A DNA stretch of 64,000 nucleotides from Candidatus Omnitrophota bacterium. GTDB taxonomy: Bacteria > Omnitrophota > Gorgyraeia > Zapsychrales > Zapsychraceae. The notes beneath the pieces were generated by a model. It was not told the origin of the DNA. It made no database searches and was given only the letters and a program-made list of their open reading frames with translations. Where the stretch lies: NCBI GenBank assembly GCA_021108075.1, contig JAIORP010000012.1:6539-70538 (forward strand), written 5' to 3'. Made by a program: the position numbers and the translations under genes. Below are positions 53,756-63,830 of this stretch, in pieces. Position 1 is the first letter of the stretch, and every line of letters begins with the position of its first letter.

Positions 53756-54799
53756 ATGGCAAATACAAAGAATGAATTTCAATTAAAATTTTTTATTGTT
53801 TATTTGATCTGTTTGTTTTTAATCCTGGAGGGAACCGCCCGTCTGTATCTTTGTTTTAGATACAAAATCAATCCACTCAATCCTGGAAGAACCATTTCTT
53901 CTTTTTATCCCGAGCTTTTTCCAGCAGCCGATCATCAGATTGTCCCTGATGACGCGTTTTTTGATGTCCTCCTGTTAGGTGCGTCTGTCGTTAATTATCG
54001 AATCAGTGACATTGATCGACGGCTGGTCGAGGGCCTAACAGAGCAATTAGGAAGAAAAGTCCGGATTTTTAATTTGTCCAAGTTCGCGCATTCTTCACGG
54101 GATAGCCTGATGAAGTATCAGTTTCTGCGGGACAAGAGTTTTGATTTAGTGCTGATTTATCACGGCATCAATGAGGTGAGATCCAATAATATTCCGGCCC
54201 ATCTGTTTAAAAGCGATTATTCTCATTGTCCTTTTTATGAAAGAGTGAATACATTTAACCGGCACCAGGAAATATCTTTTGTTGTTTTTCCCTGGCTTGT
54301 GCACGATTTGATCATTAACATGAAACAGCGTTTTTCTCCGGACAACTATATCCCTTTTGAACAACCCAGAGCCGGTTGGCTGCGGTATGGTAAAGAACTG
54401 AAGGCGACAGAATCTTTTAAACAAAATTTTGAGGATATAATAAACATCGCTGCCGCGAAGAATGAGCCCATTGTGTTATCCACCTTCGCCTATTATCTTC
54501 CGGAACAGTATTCAAGACAAAATTTTGAAGGAGGCCTTCTGGATTATACCCCTGGCGAGCAGGCGGTTCCGGCTGAAATATGGGGGCATCCGCAAAATGT
54601 TGTTTCGGGGTTGGATGCCCATAACACGGTCATCGAGAATTTACGGGATATGCCTGGCCAGATCATTTTTGTCGATCAAAGAAAGCTTATTCCCGCGTCA
54701 GGCGATTATTTTATCGATATCTGTCACTTCTCTCCTAAAGGCAATCAGCAGTTTATCAACAATATCATCTCTCCGGTTGTTGACTTCTTTAGGCCGTAG
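53756..54799 (+). CDS. Hypothetical membrane-anchored protein (possibly SGNH/GDSL-like hydrolase fold)
   Basis: N-terminal TM helix then a soluble domain; no strong catalytic motif recognised. Confidence 0.4.
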   Translation: MANTKNEFQLKFFIVYLICLFLILEGTARLYLCFRYKINPLNPGRTISSFYPELFPAADHQIVPDDAFFDVLLLGASVVNYRISDIDRRLVEGLTEQLGRKVRIFNLSKFAHSSRDSLMKYQFLRDKSFDLVLIYHGINEVRSNNIPAHLFKSDYSHCPFYERVNTFNRHQEISFVVFPWLVHDLIINMKQRFSPDNYIPFEQPRAGWLRYGKELKATESFKQNFEDIINIAAAKNEPIVLSTFAYYLPEQYSRQNFEGGLLDYTPGEQAVPAEIWGHPQNVVSGLDAHNTVIENLRDMPGQIIFVDQRKLIPASGDYFIDICHFSPKGNQQFINNIISPVVDFFRP

Positions 54800-54921
54800 T
54801 TATTAAGGGGAACGGAGAATCAGCATAGGCTTTAATAGAAAAGTTTGATTATATTCACTTTGTGATTATAATACATAAAAAATGATAGACAATCAATTCG
54901 ACAAACAAGGGTGAACGTAAC

Positions 54922-55914
54922 ATGAAAGATAAAGTAAAGAATATATTGAGTTTTGTTCTGCGGCTGGGGTTGAGCGGGCTTTTGTTGTGGTATTTATTCT
55001 CAAAGATTGATATGGAAAAGACCCTGGATATCTTACGGACCGCAGATTTAAACTATATTTATTTAGCGGGAGGGATATTTCTTGTTTGCCAATCTTTTTT
55101 ATTGCTGCGGTGGTTTATCTTTATTAAAGCCTTGAAACTGGAGGCCCATCCATTGGTTGTCACCCGTTTTTTCTTTATTGGTCTATTTGGGAATTTATTC
55201 CTGCCAAGTTCGATCGGGGGAGACCTCATAAAAATTATCGGGCTTTGCAAGAACAGTTCTCAAAAACCACGCGTGGTTGCCTCGGTGTTGCTGGACCGCC
55301 TGAGTGGCTTCGCCTCAATCGTCATTGTCGCGGTGGGGGCTTTTATTGTCGGGTATCGGTATGTTAATGAACCGCAATTGATTTTGCCGATTGCCCTGAT
55401 CGGGGTTGGTTCAATCGTTGTCGCTGCCGTTTTATTTAATGAGAGAATTTATGGTTTTGGCTGCCGGATTTTTAATTTTTTCCCAAAGGTTAAAGAAAGT
55501 TTAATGCAGATGCATTACGATATCATGTTAATGCAAGACAATAAGATGGAAGGATTCAAAGCGATCGCATTGTCTATCGTCGGTCAGCTGGTCTACGCGC
55601 TGACATTTTATTTAAGTGCTAAGGCGCTACACTCTGATATCCCGCTGCTTTATTTTTTTATTTTTGTTCCTCTTATTTGTGTCGCTTCATCATTGCCGTC
55701 AATCGGAGGGTTGGGTGTGCGTGAAGCAGGAGCGGCATATTTTTTTGGCAAAGTCGGGGTGGCGTCTGAGGTCGCGATCAGTATTTCCTTAATAAGTTTT
55801 CTTTTTATGATTATGATGGGTTTATTGGGTGGGGTGATTTATGTCTTTACATTATCTTCTGGACGGGTACAACATTGTTCATCAGATGCCGACGTTGATC
55901 CATCAACAACTTGA
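54922..55914 (+). CDS. Flippase-like (MprF-TM-type, UPF0104) polytopic membrane protein
   Basis: ~8 TM helices; N-terminal LLWYLFSKID...GGIFLVCQSFLLLRWFIF pattern of the lysyl-PG-synthase TM family. Confidence 0.55.
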   Translation: MKDKVKNILSFVLRLGLSGLLLWYLFSKIDMEKTLDILRTADLNYIYLAGGIFLVCQSFLLLRWFIFIKALKLEAHPLVVTRFFFIGLFGNLFLPSSIGGDLIKIIGLCKNSSQKPRVVASVLLDRLSGFASIVIVAVGAFIVGYRYVNEPQLILPIALIGVGSIVVAAVLFNERIYGFGCRIFNFFPKVKESLMQMHYDIMLMQDNKMEGFKAIALSIVGQLVYALTFYLSAKALHSDIPLLYFFIFVPLICVASSLPSIGGLGVREAGAAYFFGKVGVASEVAISISLISFLFMIMMGLLGGVIYVFTLSSGRVQHCSSDADVDPSTT

Positions 55915-56371
55915 GACGCAAAGGCATTCATTTGTTCATATGATTCACACCCGGCGGCCGCAGGGCAGTTCACGCAATAAGGTCACGGTCGTGTTTGACG
56001 GATATCCGGCCGGGTTTGGGGCGGACTTATCTTCCGGGCATGTTCAAATTCTTTATTCCTGCGACATAACAGCGGACGACCGTATTAAACAAATTGTCCA
56101 GAAGTCAATTTTAAAAAAGAACATTATTGTTGTTACCAATGATCGGGCGATACAATATGCTGTTCGGGCTCTGGGGGCAAAAGTTATTTCTGTCGAGAGT
56201 TTTCTGCAAAAGATAAACAAGTCCGCGTCTTCCGGTTCAGTTGACTCACAGAGAAATCAATCCGGTCTGAAAAAGAATATTTCAAACCGCGAAAAACAAC
56301 ATATCAATTTAGAATTGGAAGATCTCTGGCTTAAAAAAAAGTCTAACAAAAAGAATAAACGGGATGAATGA
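55841..56371 (+). CDS. NYN/YacP-like nuclease domain protein
   Basis: LLDGYNIVHQ...VTVVFDG...ADDRI pattern of the YacP/Rae1-like NYN family; overlaps the upstream gene by 74 nt. Confidence 0.55.
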   Translation: MSLHYLLDGYNIVHQMPTLIHQQLETQRHSFVHMIHTRRPQGSSRNKVTVVFDGYPAGFGADLSSGHVQILYSCDITADDRIKQIVQKSILKKNIIVVTNDRAIQYAVRALGAKVISVESFLQKINKSASSGSVDSQRNQSGLKKNISNREKQHINLELEDLWLKKKSNKKNKRDE

Positions 56372-56414
56372 TAAATCGTGTTGTGTTTGCTTCGGGAATT
56401 GGGCCCTGTGTTCA

Positions 56415-56512
56415 CGGCCTTTAGTTAGTTGTTCTATTTCAATTCTGATATTCTCACTGAAGCTTCGAGAAAAGCGGAAATCAGAAGAATTATTTATCGG
56501 ATTTGGTCTCGC
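56415..56512 (-). repeat. MITE-like element, copy h (reverse orientation, degenerate TIRs)
   Basis: GTTGTTCTATTTCAATTCTGATATTCTCACTGAAGCTTCGAGAAAAGCGGAAATCAGAAGAATTATTTATCGGATTTGGTCTCG. Confidence 0.6.
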
Positions 56513-57046
56513 TAGTTGTTCAATAATTTAGTGGAATTGGTATTATCGATGATTCAAGACAAAAGGGGGTTCATCAGGTGTCGGTCGTTTCACAACCCGG
56601 GCGGTTGTCTGCTCTTATATCCTCAGTATTTTTTAGAACGCATTATTAACAAAATTTATTTTGACTTTTTGGGGATAAGTACTATTTTAAGGGAAAAGGT
56701 TAAAGTCTTAATAATATGGAGCAGCGTATTATTGAGGGATGATTGTTCGGGGAAAATGATAATCCTTATCATGTTCAATTTGTGTCCTGGATTTTCAGGT
56801 TGCCGCTTGACTGGCGGAAATGTCGGTAAGGCGCGGAGTTATCCTTTTCCTTTTCAGGCGTCTCGCGGGCGGTCACGGACGCTTCAGAAGAGATGGAGTA
56901 TGTGGCCACGAAGTCAAAATAATTGCTGGACCGGGTTGAAGAAAAAATTGTTGATGGATCATCGTTTAAGGTTTTTTGACCCATTGGCAGGCAAATGTTC
57001 CACCTTCCGGAGGCAGGTTTAATAGATTTAAAGAAAGGGATCATGC

Positions 57047-57361
57047 ATGTTTATTTTAGGTAATTTTATTGGTTCAATTGGTTTTATCCTGGGTGTTATT
57101 TTGAACATTTTAAAATGGCTTGTCATTATCCGGGCTTTGATTAGCTGGGTTAACCCCGATCCCTTAAATCCGGTTGTCCAATTTTTAAGGCGCGCGACCG
57201 ACCCGATCCTTATTCCCATCCGCAACCGGATGCCGGTTACGGGGGGATTTGACCTCTCGCCTTTAGTCGCCTTGCTTATTATTCTTTTTCTGGACATTTT
57301 TTTGGTGAATACGATTTATGCCGTAGCGAATTCGTTAGGGGCAACCATCTATTTCAGGTGA
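57047..57361 (+). CDS. yggT: YggT-family membrane protein
   Basis: ISWVNPDPLNP...FLRRATDPILIPIRN...GGFDLSPL signature; 104 aa. Confidence 0.8.
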   Translation: MFILGNFIGSIGFILGVILNILKWLVIIRALISWVNPDPLNPVVQFLRRATDPILIPIRNRMPVTGGFDLSPLVALLIILFLDIFLVNTIYAVANSLGATIYFR

Positions 57362-57476
57362 TTTTGATAAAATAAATTAATTCTTGAAATATTTTTCATG
57401 AAGGTATATGATTGAACATCTTATTAAACAAAGAAAATAGAACTCATAAATGACAGAAAGGTTTAAGGTGTAGCGT

Positions 57477-57770
57477 ATGTTTGATAAAATGAAGCAACTG
57501 ATGGATATGAAGAAACAAGCGGACCGTTTAAAGAAAGAATTGGATGGAATTACGACTGAAGTTTCAGAAGTTCGTGGCATTACAATTGTTATTAACGGGT
57601 CGCAGAATTTTAAGTCCATTGAAGTTGATGAGTCATTATTACAGGCCGGCAATAAAAAAGGCTTTGAAGCGGATATGCTTAGGAGCATGAATGCTGCGAT
57701 TAAGAAGTCTCAGGAGTTAGCGGCAAAAAAGATGCGGGAATCAATGCCGGCAGGCTTTCCAGGTCTTTAA
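57477..57770 (+). CDS. ybaB: Nucleoid-associated protein YbaB/EbfC
   Basis: MKQLMDMKKQADRLKKELDGITTEVSEVRGITIVINGSQNFKSIEVDESLL...PAGFPGL. Confidence 0.85.
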   Translation: MFDKMKQLMDMKKQADRLKKELDGITTEVSEVRGITIVINGSQNFKSIEVDESLLQAGNKKGFEADMLRSMNAAIKKSQELAAKKMRESMPAGFPGL

Positions 57771-57824
57771 TCATAGATTCAGTAAGAGCAATGTATTATT
57801 AATATTAATTTTGAGGAGGAAGAA

Positions 57825-58058
57825 ATGCCATACGACCAATCATTAGATGTTGATTGTTTTAAGGAAGTTAAAGAATTTGAGGATACACGCATTACGGTTG
57901 GTGTCTTTTCATATAATGAAGGGCCAAAAAAATTACAGTTATCCCGGGAAAATAGAGGTCAGACCGGAGAATGGCGTTTTGCCAAATTAGGCCGGATGAC
58001 AAAGGATGAAGCAAAAGAAATTATGCCTGTCATTATGAAAGCTGTAGAAAATATGTAA
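57825..58058 (+). CDS. Small conserved hypothetical protein (possible PC4/YdbC-like ssDNA-binding fold)
   Basis: 77 aa with AGGAGGAAG RBS; TRITVGVFSYNEGPKKLQLSRE...WRFAKLGRMTKDEAKEI resembles bacterial PC4-like proteins. Confidence 0.45.
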   Translation: MPYDQSLDVDCFKEVKEFEDTRITVGVFSYNEGPKKLQLSRENRGQTGEWRFAKLGRMTKDEAKEIMPVIMKAVENM

Positions 58059-58127
58059 ATGAATTTTATCCTGGAAAGGCTACTTTTATTTTAAAAGTAG
58101 CCTTTCTTTTTTTAACAAGGAGGAAAT

Positions 58128-58601
58128 ATGGCTGATGATATTTATTTGACCAGAGAGGGAAATGAAAAAATGTATCAAGCCTTACAGGATCTCAAAACAG
58201 AGCGGGGAAAAATAGCTAAAGCCATTGAAGAGGCCCGTTTGCAGGGTGATTTATCAGAGAACGCTGAATACGATGCCGCCAAAGAGGCCCAGGGGCATAA
58301 TAATGCCCGCGTTCAAGATTTGGAAGACAAGTTGTCACGCGTCCGTGTTATTGAAGACGTGGATATCCCCGGAGACCGGATTTACATCGGCGCGATTGCT
58401 AAATTGCTGGACAGGCAATCAAATGAAGAAGTTGTTTATCAACTGCTATCTGAAGAAGAATCCAACTATGAAGAGAATAAGATTTCTATTTATTCTCCGA
58501 TCGGTAAAGCCCTGATGGGGAAAGCTGAAGGGGAAGAAGTGACCGCTCATGTGCCGGCCGGCATATTAAAGTACAAGGTCTTAAAGATTGACCGCCCATA
58601 G
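58128..58601 (+). CDS. greA: Transcription elongation factor GreA
   Basis: YLTREGNEKMYQALQDL...GDLSENAEYDAAKEAQ coiled-coil plus C-terminal FKBP-like domain; 157 aa. Confidence 0.9.
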   Translation: MADDIYLTREGNEKMYQALQDLKTERGKIAKAIEEARLQGDLSENAEYDAAKEAQGHNNARVQDLEDKLSRVRVIEDVDIPGDRIYIGAIAKLLDRQSNEEVVYQLLSEEESNYEENKISIYSPIGKALMGKAEGEEVTAHVPAGILKYKVLKIDRP

Positions 58602-58723
58602 TTTTTTTGTCGTTTTTTGCGAGTTCATTGTCCCGGGATATTTTGATCGCGTAGGATATAGGATTGAATATTATTTCGAAACGTTCAGTTTGGATGAAGA
58701 CAGGGGTTCAAAAAGAAATGACA

Positions 58724-60088
58724 CTACTCCATTCGTTCCCTCCAGAAGGAATAAAAACACCAAAAAGTAATGATCGGTAATAAGGACAGTTCAATCCGGT
58801 TAAAAGAGACCGACAACCACCACTCGATCTTGAAGTGCGTGTTAACATAGTAGTACATTGTGACGATGCCGATATAGCTGAGCAGGAACAATGGAATGAC
58901 GAGGGTCTCGCTCCTGAAGATTTTTTTTCCGCTTAACAAGAGTCCGAAGATAATGACAATCCAAAGACCATTCCATCCCTGTTTCCCCACTTTAAATATT
59001 TCATGGAAGTAAAAGGAGAGGATTGTTTGCAGCCTCGGCCATGTTGAGGGATTTGTCTGAGATGTCAGTCCGTTGGTCATCGTGATGTTGTCAGGGGCAT
59101 AAAAATATTTAAAAACAAACGGAATGATGGAAAATAGAAACAGGGAACCGAAAAAGAAGCGTAAGCATTTCGGCCGGTCAAATTTTTGGATGGTTTTCCA
59201 GAGGATACCGGGGATGATGATCAAGAGGATCCCTGTCGCGACATAACCTTCCGGTTTCACAAAACTCAGGAAACCTAAGAAAGCGCCGGTTAACAACAGA
59301 TACCGGGGATTATGATGGCGTATGTTTAAAATGAAGCAAAGCATGCCGGCAAACAGATAAAAGCTGAGGACGATATCGGCATACTGGGCACTACTCAGGG
59401 TGAGAAAATAGGGTTGCAGAAAAAACAGAAAAACAACCAGACTTGACCAATATGACCGCGTCAGATCTTTCAGGGCGGAAAATATGAGGCCGATAGTTAT
59501 GAGATTGAAAATGACGGTGGTTATTTGTGTTGTTGTATGTGTGGGGCTGTGATGAAAGATCCAACCCCAAACATTGATTAAAGGCAAAAGCAATGGATAG
59601 TGCGGACTTGATCTCCAGAGGGTGGGGTGGAAGATGTTTTCCCAATAGACTCCTGCTTCAAATAAAAATTTTGCCTTAAAGTTCCAAACGCTCCAGGCGT
59701 CCCAACCTCCGTAAGGGTGGATGTGGATGTTTAATAATACCGTGCCGGACATTATCAGCAATAACGTTAAACCGATGACGTCATCTTTTGTGATGGGTGC
59801 GAGGGTCCAGAAAGGAATACGGAGTTTACGGCAACGGTAAATAAGAGCGGCTAAAATAGCCCCGAGAAATGTCATGTGCAGGATGATGACAAGATTTTTA
59901 TTCAGTTGCCAGATAAAAAGGTAACTGAGGAATGTCAGATAGGAACTGATTCCAAGGCCTAATCCCCCGCCCAAGCAGAACGCTGTTAAAAAGGATATTT
60001 GCGGGCGTTTCTGAAAGATTAAATTTAGCAGGCCTAGACCTATCATAAAGGATAGGAGAAAAGGCGTTATCGTTTTTAATAATACCAT
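58724..60088 (-). CDS. Polytopic membrane protein, probable GT-C fold glycosyltransferase (ArnT/PMT-like)
   Basis: 454 aa with >10 TM helices and aromatic-rich loops; adjacent to sugar-modification genes. Confidence 0.45.
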   Translation of the reverse strand: MVLLKTITPFLLSFMIGLGLLNLIFQKRPQISFLTAFCLGGGLGLGISSYLTFLSYLFIWQLNKNLVIILHMTFLGAILAALIYRCRKLRIPFWTLAPITKDDVIGLTLLLIMSGTVLLNIHIHPYGGWDAWSVWNFKAKFLFEAGVYWENIFHPTLWRSSPHYPLLLPLINVWGWIFHHSPTHTTTQITTVIFNLITIGLIFSALKDLTRSYWSSLVVFLFFLQPYFLTLSSAQYADIVLSFYLFAGMLCFILNIRHHNPRYLLLTGAFLGFLSFVKPEGYVATGILLIIIPGILWKTIQKFDRPKCLRFFFGSLFLFSIIPFVFKYFYAPDNITMTNGLTSQTNPSTWPRLQTILSFYFHEIFKVGKQGWNGLWIVIIFGLLLSGKKIFRSETLVIPLFLLSYIGIVTMYYYVNTHFKIEWWLSVSFNRIELSLLPIITFWCFYSFWRERME

Positions 60089-60510
60089 GGTTTCTTTTCA
60101 GCCAATATAATGTTTAAGCTGTTTTTAACGTGCGGTGTTGCCCTGATTTTATTGATAATCGCGAGAGCTTTTTCGTCAGAGTTATAGGCAAAAAAGATAT
60201 AGTTATGATTTAAGCTATTGGGCACTAGAATAATAGGGGCTAATTCATATTGGGCTTGAGTGAAAATAGCGTTATGATAGGGTTCGTTAAGATTTTTGTC
60301 GGTGCAGTACCCGATAAATTGGTTCTTTTTTAGTCTGTCCTTAACTTCTGTGAAATAATGAGCATAGAACTGGTAGGGCCCCCTGGCGCGTTTATTTAAA
60401 GATACCTTAAGGTGCGGGATCAGATAAAAGAGGTTCACCGCGATACAGATGAAAATAACAATAATAAATGCCGTTTGCTTGTATCGAACTGTCCGGGGAT
60501 TTTTGTTCAT
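60076..60510 (-). CDS. Hypothetical protein with N-terminal TM anchor
   Basis: 144-aa ORF co-directional with, and overlapping, the upstream membrane protein. Confidence 0.4.
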   Translation of the reverse strand: MNKNPRTVRYKQTAFIIVIFICIAVNLFYLIPHLKVSLNKRARGPYQFYAHYFTEVKDRLKKNQFIGYCTDKNLNEPYHNAIFTQAQYELAPIILVPNSLNHNYIFFAYNSDEKALAIINKIRATPHVKNSLNIILAEKKPWYY

Positions 60511-61113
60511 TATGATTCCGTTATTTGATGAGATCTTCAGTCAGGGTGTCGGGAAAGGATCAAATCCTGGCTTTTGTTTAAGTTTAAATCATTGTTTAGA
60601 CTCTACTTTATTATCAGAAAAATTTTGATATACTAATATGACGTTAACCGGTAAACAAGAAGGATGGGCAGATTTCAATAGAACTTTAAAAGCAAGGCCA
60701 CGTCGCAACTGTTTTTATTTAAATAAACATTTCCATTGTACTATAAAGAGAATCTATTGCCAATAGGAGCATCACAAAGTTATAAAAAAAATGATTAGCT
60801 GATTTGCGGACATAGGTTTGTGCGCCGACCGGGGGACATGAATTCGCCGTTTAACCCGGATTTTTCAATAGAAGAGGTAATCCGGCTTGAACCGCTGCTT
60901 TTCTCGTCAGTAATTGAGGAAGCAGACGATTTTGTAATAAAACCTTTTTTTCCCGTCCGTTTATGTCGAGAAAAAGATTCTATTGCAAAATTTCGGTTTA
61001 TTCATGCCTGTCTGTTTTGTTTCAAAAGTCATCAATGATGACATGTTGTTTTGTTCAATTTTATCAAATAAATCATTTTTGTCATTTGCAATCTCAGACC
61101 ATAGGAGTAAATA

Positions 61114-62126
61114 TGATTAATGTTGGAATCATCGGTTGTGGCCATTGGGGGCCAAACCATATCAGGATTTTTTCTCAATTACCAAACACGTGTAGTTTGA
61201 TGTGTGCTGATTTAGAACCGAAAAGATTAGGTTTTGTGAAGTCGTTATTCCCGGATATTCAAACAACACAGGACTATAAAGAGATGTTAACGAATGCTGA
61301 CATTGATGCTGTTTGTATCGCGTCTCCGACCAAAACGCATTATGAAATTGCCCTTCAGGCCCTTGCTCAGGGCAAACATGTTCTTTGTGAAAAACCATTA
61401 ACTCTTAAACCGGAAGAAAGCCTTAAATTGAAGGATTTCGCCGAAGAAAAAGGACTTGTTTTAATGGTCGGCCATATTTTTTTGTTTAATTCCGGAATAA
61501 GATGGTTGAAGGAATACATCAAGTCCGGGGCTTTGGGCCAGGTCTATTACGCCTATGCAACGAGGACGAATTTAGGTCCATTCCGTTATGATGTCAATGC
61601 GTTGTGGGACTTAGCCCCTCATGACATTTCCATTTTTAATTACCTGTTCGATTCCTGCCCGACCACTGTTGCCGCTACAGGGCATAAATTTATTGGCGAC
61701 ACGCATGATGATGTGACGTTTGCGACATTGTCTTATCCCAATAACATCGCTGCAAATGTGCATGTCAGTTGGCTTGACCCGAAGAAAGTCCGTCAGATGA
61801 CGATTGTCGGCGATCAACAAATGGTTGTTTGGGACGATTTAGATAATTTAGGACCGATTAAAGTATACGATAAACATGTTGAGAAGACGTCAACCTATTA
61901 CGAGACATATGGCGAGTTTCAACTGTTGTCACGGGAAGGAAGCATCACGATTCCGAAGATTGCTTCCAGCGAACCGTTAAAAGCTCAGGGGCAATATTTT
62001 ATCAACTGTGTTGAGGAGAATCAATATCCCGCGTTGACGGATGCCCAAAAAGGGATGGAAGTGGTCCGGGTTTTATGCGCGATCGATGAGTCCGTTAAGA
62101 ACAAAGGGGCGTGTATAAATATTTAA
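61114..62126 (+). CDS. Gfo/Idh/MocA-family NAD-dependent sugar oxidoreductase (WbpB-like)
   Basis: Rossmann start MINVGIIGCGHWGPNHIR; AGGAGT RBS; the track ORF 60963 is an unsupported 5' extension. Confidence 0.8.
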
Positions 62127-62201
62127 GGCGGGTTAGTTTTTTTTAGGTCATTCATCGCCTGAGCGCTTGCCGGCGTATGGCGGTATAAGACAGGAGTTCT
62201 T

Positions 62202-62759
62202 ATGAGTTTTTTTAAACATGAACTGGCTACGGTTTCTTTAGAAGCGGATATTGGTGAAGGAACACGCATATGGGCTCGCACCAATATTCAGTCCGGAGCG
62301 AAAATCGGACAGCATTGCAATATTTGTGATGGGACTTTTGTTGAAAAAGGGGCGATCATTGGTGACCATGTGACCGTTAAACATAATGTTTCCGTGTTTA
62401 ACGGCGTTGTCATTGGTGATGATGTTTTTATCGGCTCCAATATCGCTTTTATCAATGACCGCTATCCCCGCAGCCATCGGCAAGATGAATGGACGTTAGA
62501 AAAGACATGGATAAAGAAAGGGGCAACGTTAGGGGCGAATGTTACTATCCTTTGCGGTTTAACCGTTGGTGAATACGCCGTTGTCGGGGCTGGAAGCGTG
62601 GTGACTGGAGATGTTCCCGCTTATACGATTGTTTGTGGGAACCCCGCTCGAGAAAAAGGGTTTGCCTGTCAGTGTGGTCGGCCGTTAAATGATTATCTTA
62701 AATGTCATTGTGAAAAACAGTATTTTTTAACTGAGGAAGGAAGGATCGTTGAAAAATAA
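62202..62759 (+). CDS. Left-handed beta-helix (hexapeptide) sugar N-acetyltransferase (WbpD/PglD-like) with C-terminal Cys4 zinc ribbon
   Basis: Hexapeptide repeats (IGDHVTVKHNVSVFNGVVIGDDVFIGSNIAF); C-terminal CQCGRP...CHCEKQ. Confidence 0.75.
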   Translation: MSFFKHELATVSLEADIGEGTRIWARTNIQSGAKIGQHCNICDGTFVEKGAIIGDHVTVKHNVSVFNGVVIGDDVFIGSNIAFINDRYPRSHRQDEWTLEKTWIKKGATLGANVTILCGLTVGEYAVVGAGSVVTGDVPAYTIVCGNPAREKGFACQCGRPLNDYLKCHCEKQYFLTEEGRIVEK

Positions 62760-63486
62760 CCGTATCTTGGTCACGCCGGTGGCGTACAATGAGTGCGTTA
62801 AGTTAAAAAATGTGATTGAACGTTTTCTGCTCAGTCCTGTTCGAAAAGATGTTGATTACATGGTCGTTGATGACGGATCGACGGACGGGACGTCTGAGCT
62901 TATTCAACAGTACTCAGACCAGGGTGTTATGCATTTGAAACATGAGCAGCGTCAGGGCGTGGGTTCGGCGATTCGGACCGCCATTAAATATGCCTGTGAA
63001 AATCATTATGAAATTTTGGTTATCATGGCTGGAAATGATAAAGACAATCCTGAAGAAATTCCGCAGCTCATTGATCCCATCCTTAAAGATAATTTTGACT
63101 TTGTCCAGGGATCACGTTATAAAGGGGGAAAAGGTATCGGTGGGGATATGCCTTTTTATAGAAAGATAGCGACCAGAATCCATCCCCTTCTCATGTCGGC
63201 ATTCACCGGGAAGAAACTGACGGACACGACTAATGGTTTTCGCGCTTTTCGCCTGGCGATATTTGAAGATAATCGCATTAATATTGACCAGGATTGGCTT
63301 GATAAGTATGAATTAGAACCCTATTTGTTGTTTAAGGCCATTGCATTAAACTACCGTTTTACAGAAGCATTTGTGACGAAGATATATCCTCCTAAGAAAT
63401 TAGGCTATACGAAGATGAAACCCCTGATCGGTTGGTGGAGCATCTTACGCCCGGTCTTTTATTTAGGCTTTAGATTAAAGAAATAG
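62749..63486 (+). CDS. Family 2 glycosyltransferase (dolichyl-phosphate-mannose synthase-like)
   Basis: VVDDGSTDGTSEL (DxD region) and GT2 fold length. Confidence 0.8.
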   Translation: MKNNRILVTPVAYNECVKLKNVIERFLLSPVRKDVDYMVVDDGSTDGTSELIQQYSDQGVMHLKHEQRQGVGSAIRTAIKYACENHYEILVIMAGNDKDNPEEIPQLIDPILKDNFDFVQGSRYKGGKGIGGDMPFYRKIATRIHPLLMSAFTGKKLTDTTNGFRAFRLAIFEDNRINIDQDWLDKYELEPYLLFKAIALNYRFTEAFVTKIYPPKKLGYTKMKPLIGWWSILRPVFYLGFRLKK

Positions 63487-63519
63487 GTGATATTAACAAT
63501 AATACAGGGGAAGAATATT

Positions 63520-63765
63520 ATGAAGAAGGGGGCCATATTAATTTTTTTATTGTTAGTTAGCACTCCGGGCTGTCAATATCTTGAAAATCCACGAACCTTA
63601 ATAAGAGACCCACACTTTGCTGAATATAAAAAACAACGGGATGAATTAGAACGCGAGTATTTACGAAAGGAAATCATGTACGATGATTATATTTTGCGGC
63701 GGGACGAGCTGGATAATATTTATTCAAAAGAGGTTCAAGAGCGCCAGGAAAAAATGAATTATTAG
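63520..63765 (+). CDS. Small putative lipoprotein
   Basis: MKKGAILIFLLLVSTPGC lipobox-like signal peptide; charged helical remainder. Confidence 0.45.
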   Translation: MKKGAILIFLLLVSTPGCQYLENPRTLIRDPHFAEYKKQRDELEREYLRKEIMYDDYILRRDELDNIYSKEVQERQEKMNY

Positions 63766-63830
63766 AAATCATTGAGTTAAACTTGCCATTGGAGGGATTA
63801 TTCCCTTGAATGCCGTCAGATGGATGTCAT

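Noticed and set aside
9883-56512. The MITE-like core (AATTGAAATAGAACAATT) as a Rex operator
   Set aside because: Half-sites do not match TTGTGAA/TTCACAA and the core is not a true palindrome; the only convincing Rex box is at 5631..5648.
9883-56512. MITE-like elements as REP sequences mobilised by the IS200-like (RAYT) remnant at 45901..46230
   Set aside because: REPs are short imperfect palindromes with a conserved GTAG tetranucleotide, not ~100-bp elements with 16-20-bp terminal inverted repeats; the transposase is also truncated.
56940-57010. Possible SRP RNA (CCGGAAGG motif)
   Set aside because: Only the short CCGGAAGG string matches the SRP domain IV consensus; the flanking helices and conserved GNRA/loop features are absent.
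56516-57044. 168-aa plus-strand and 89-aa minus-strand ORFs in the gap before yggT
   Set aside because: No Shine-Dalgarno, Cys/Arg/Trp-rich low-complexity translation, overlaps a MITE copy; treated as non-coding.
60820-61113. 72-aa ORF and the 5' extension of the Gfo/Idh/MocA gene (track start 60963)
   Set aside because: The Rossmann fold starts at MINVGIIGCGHWG (61114) with a good RBS; the extension is Cys/Phe-rich and unlike family N-termini.
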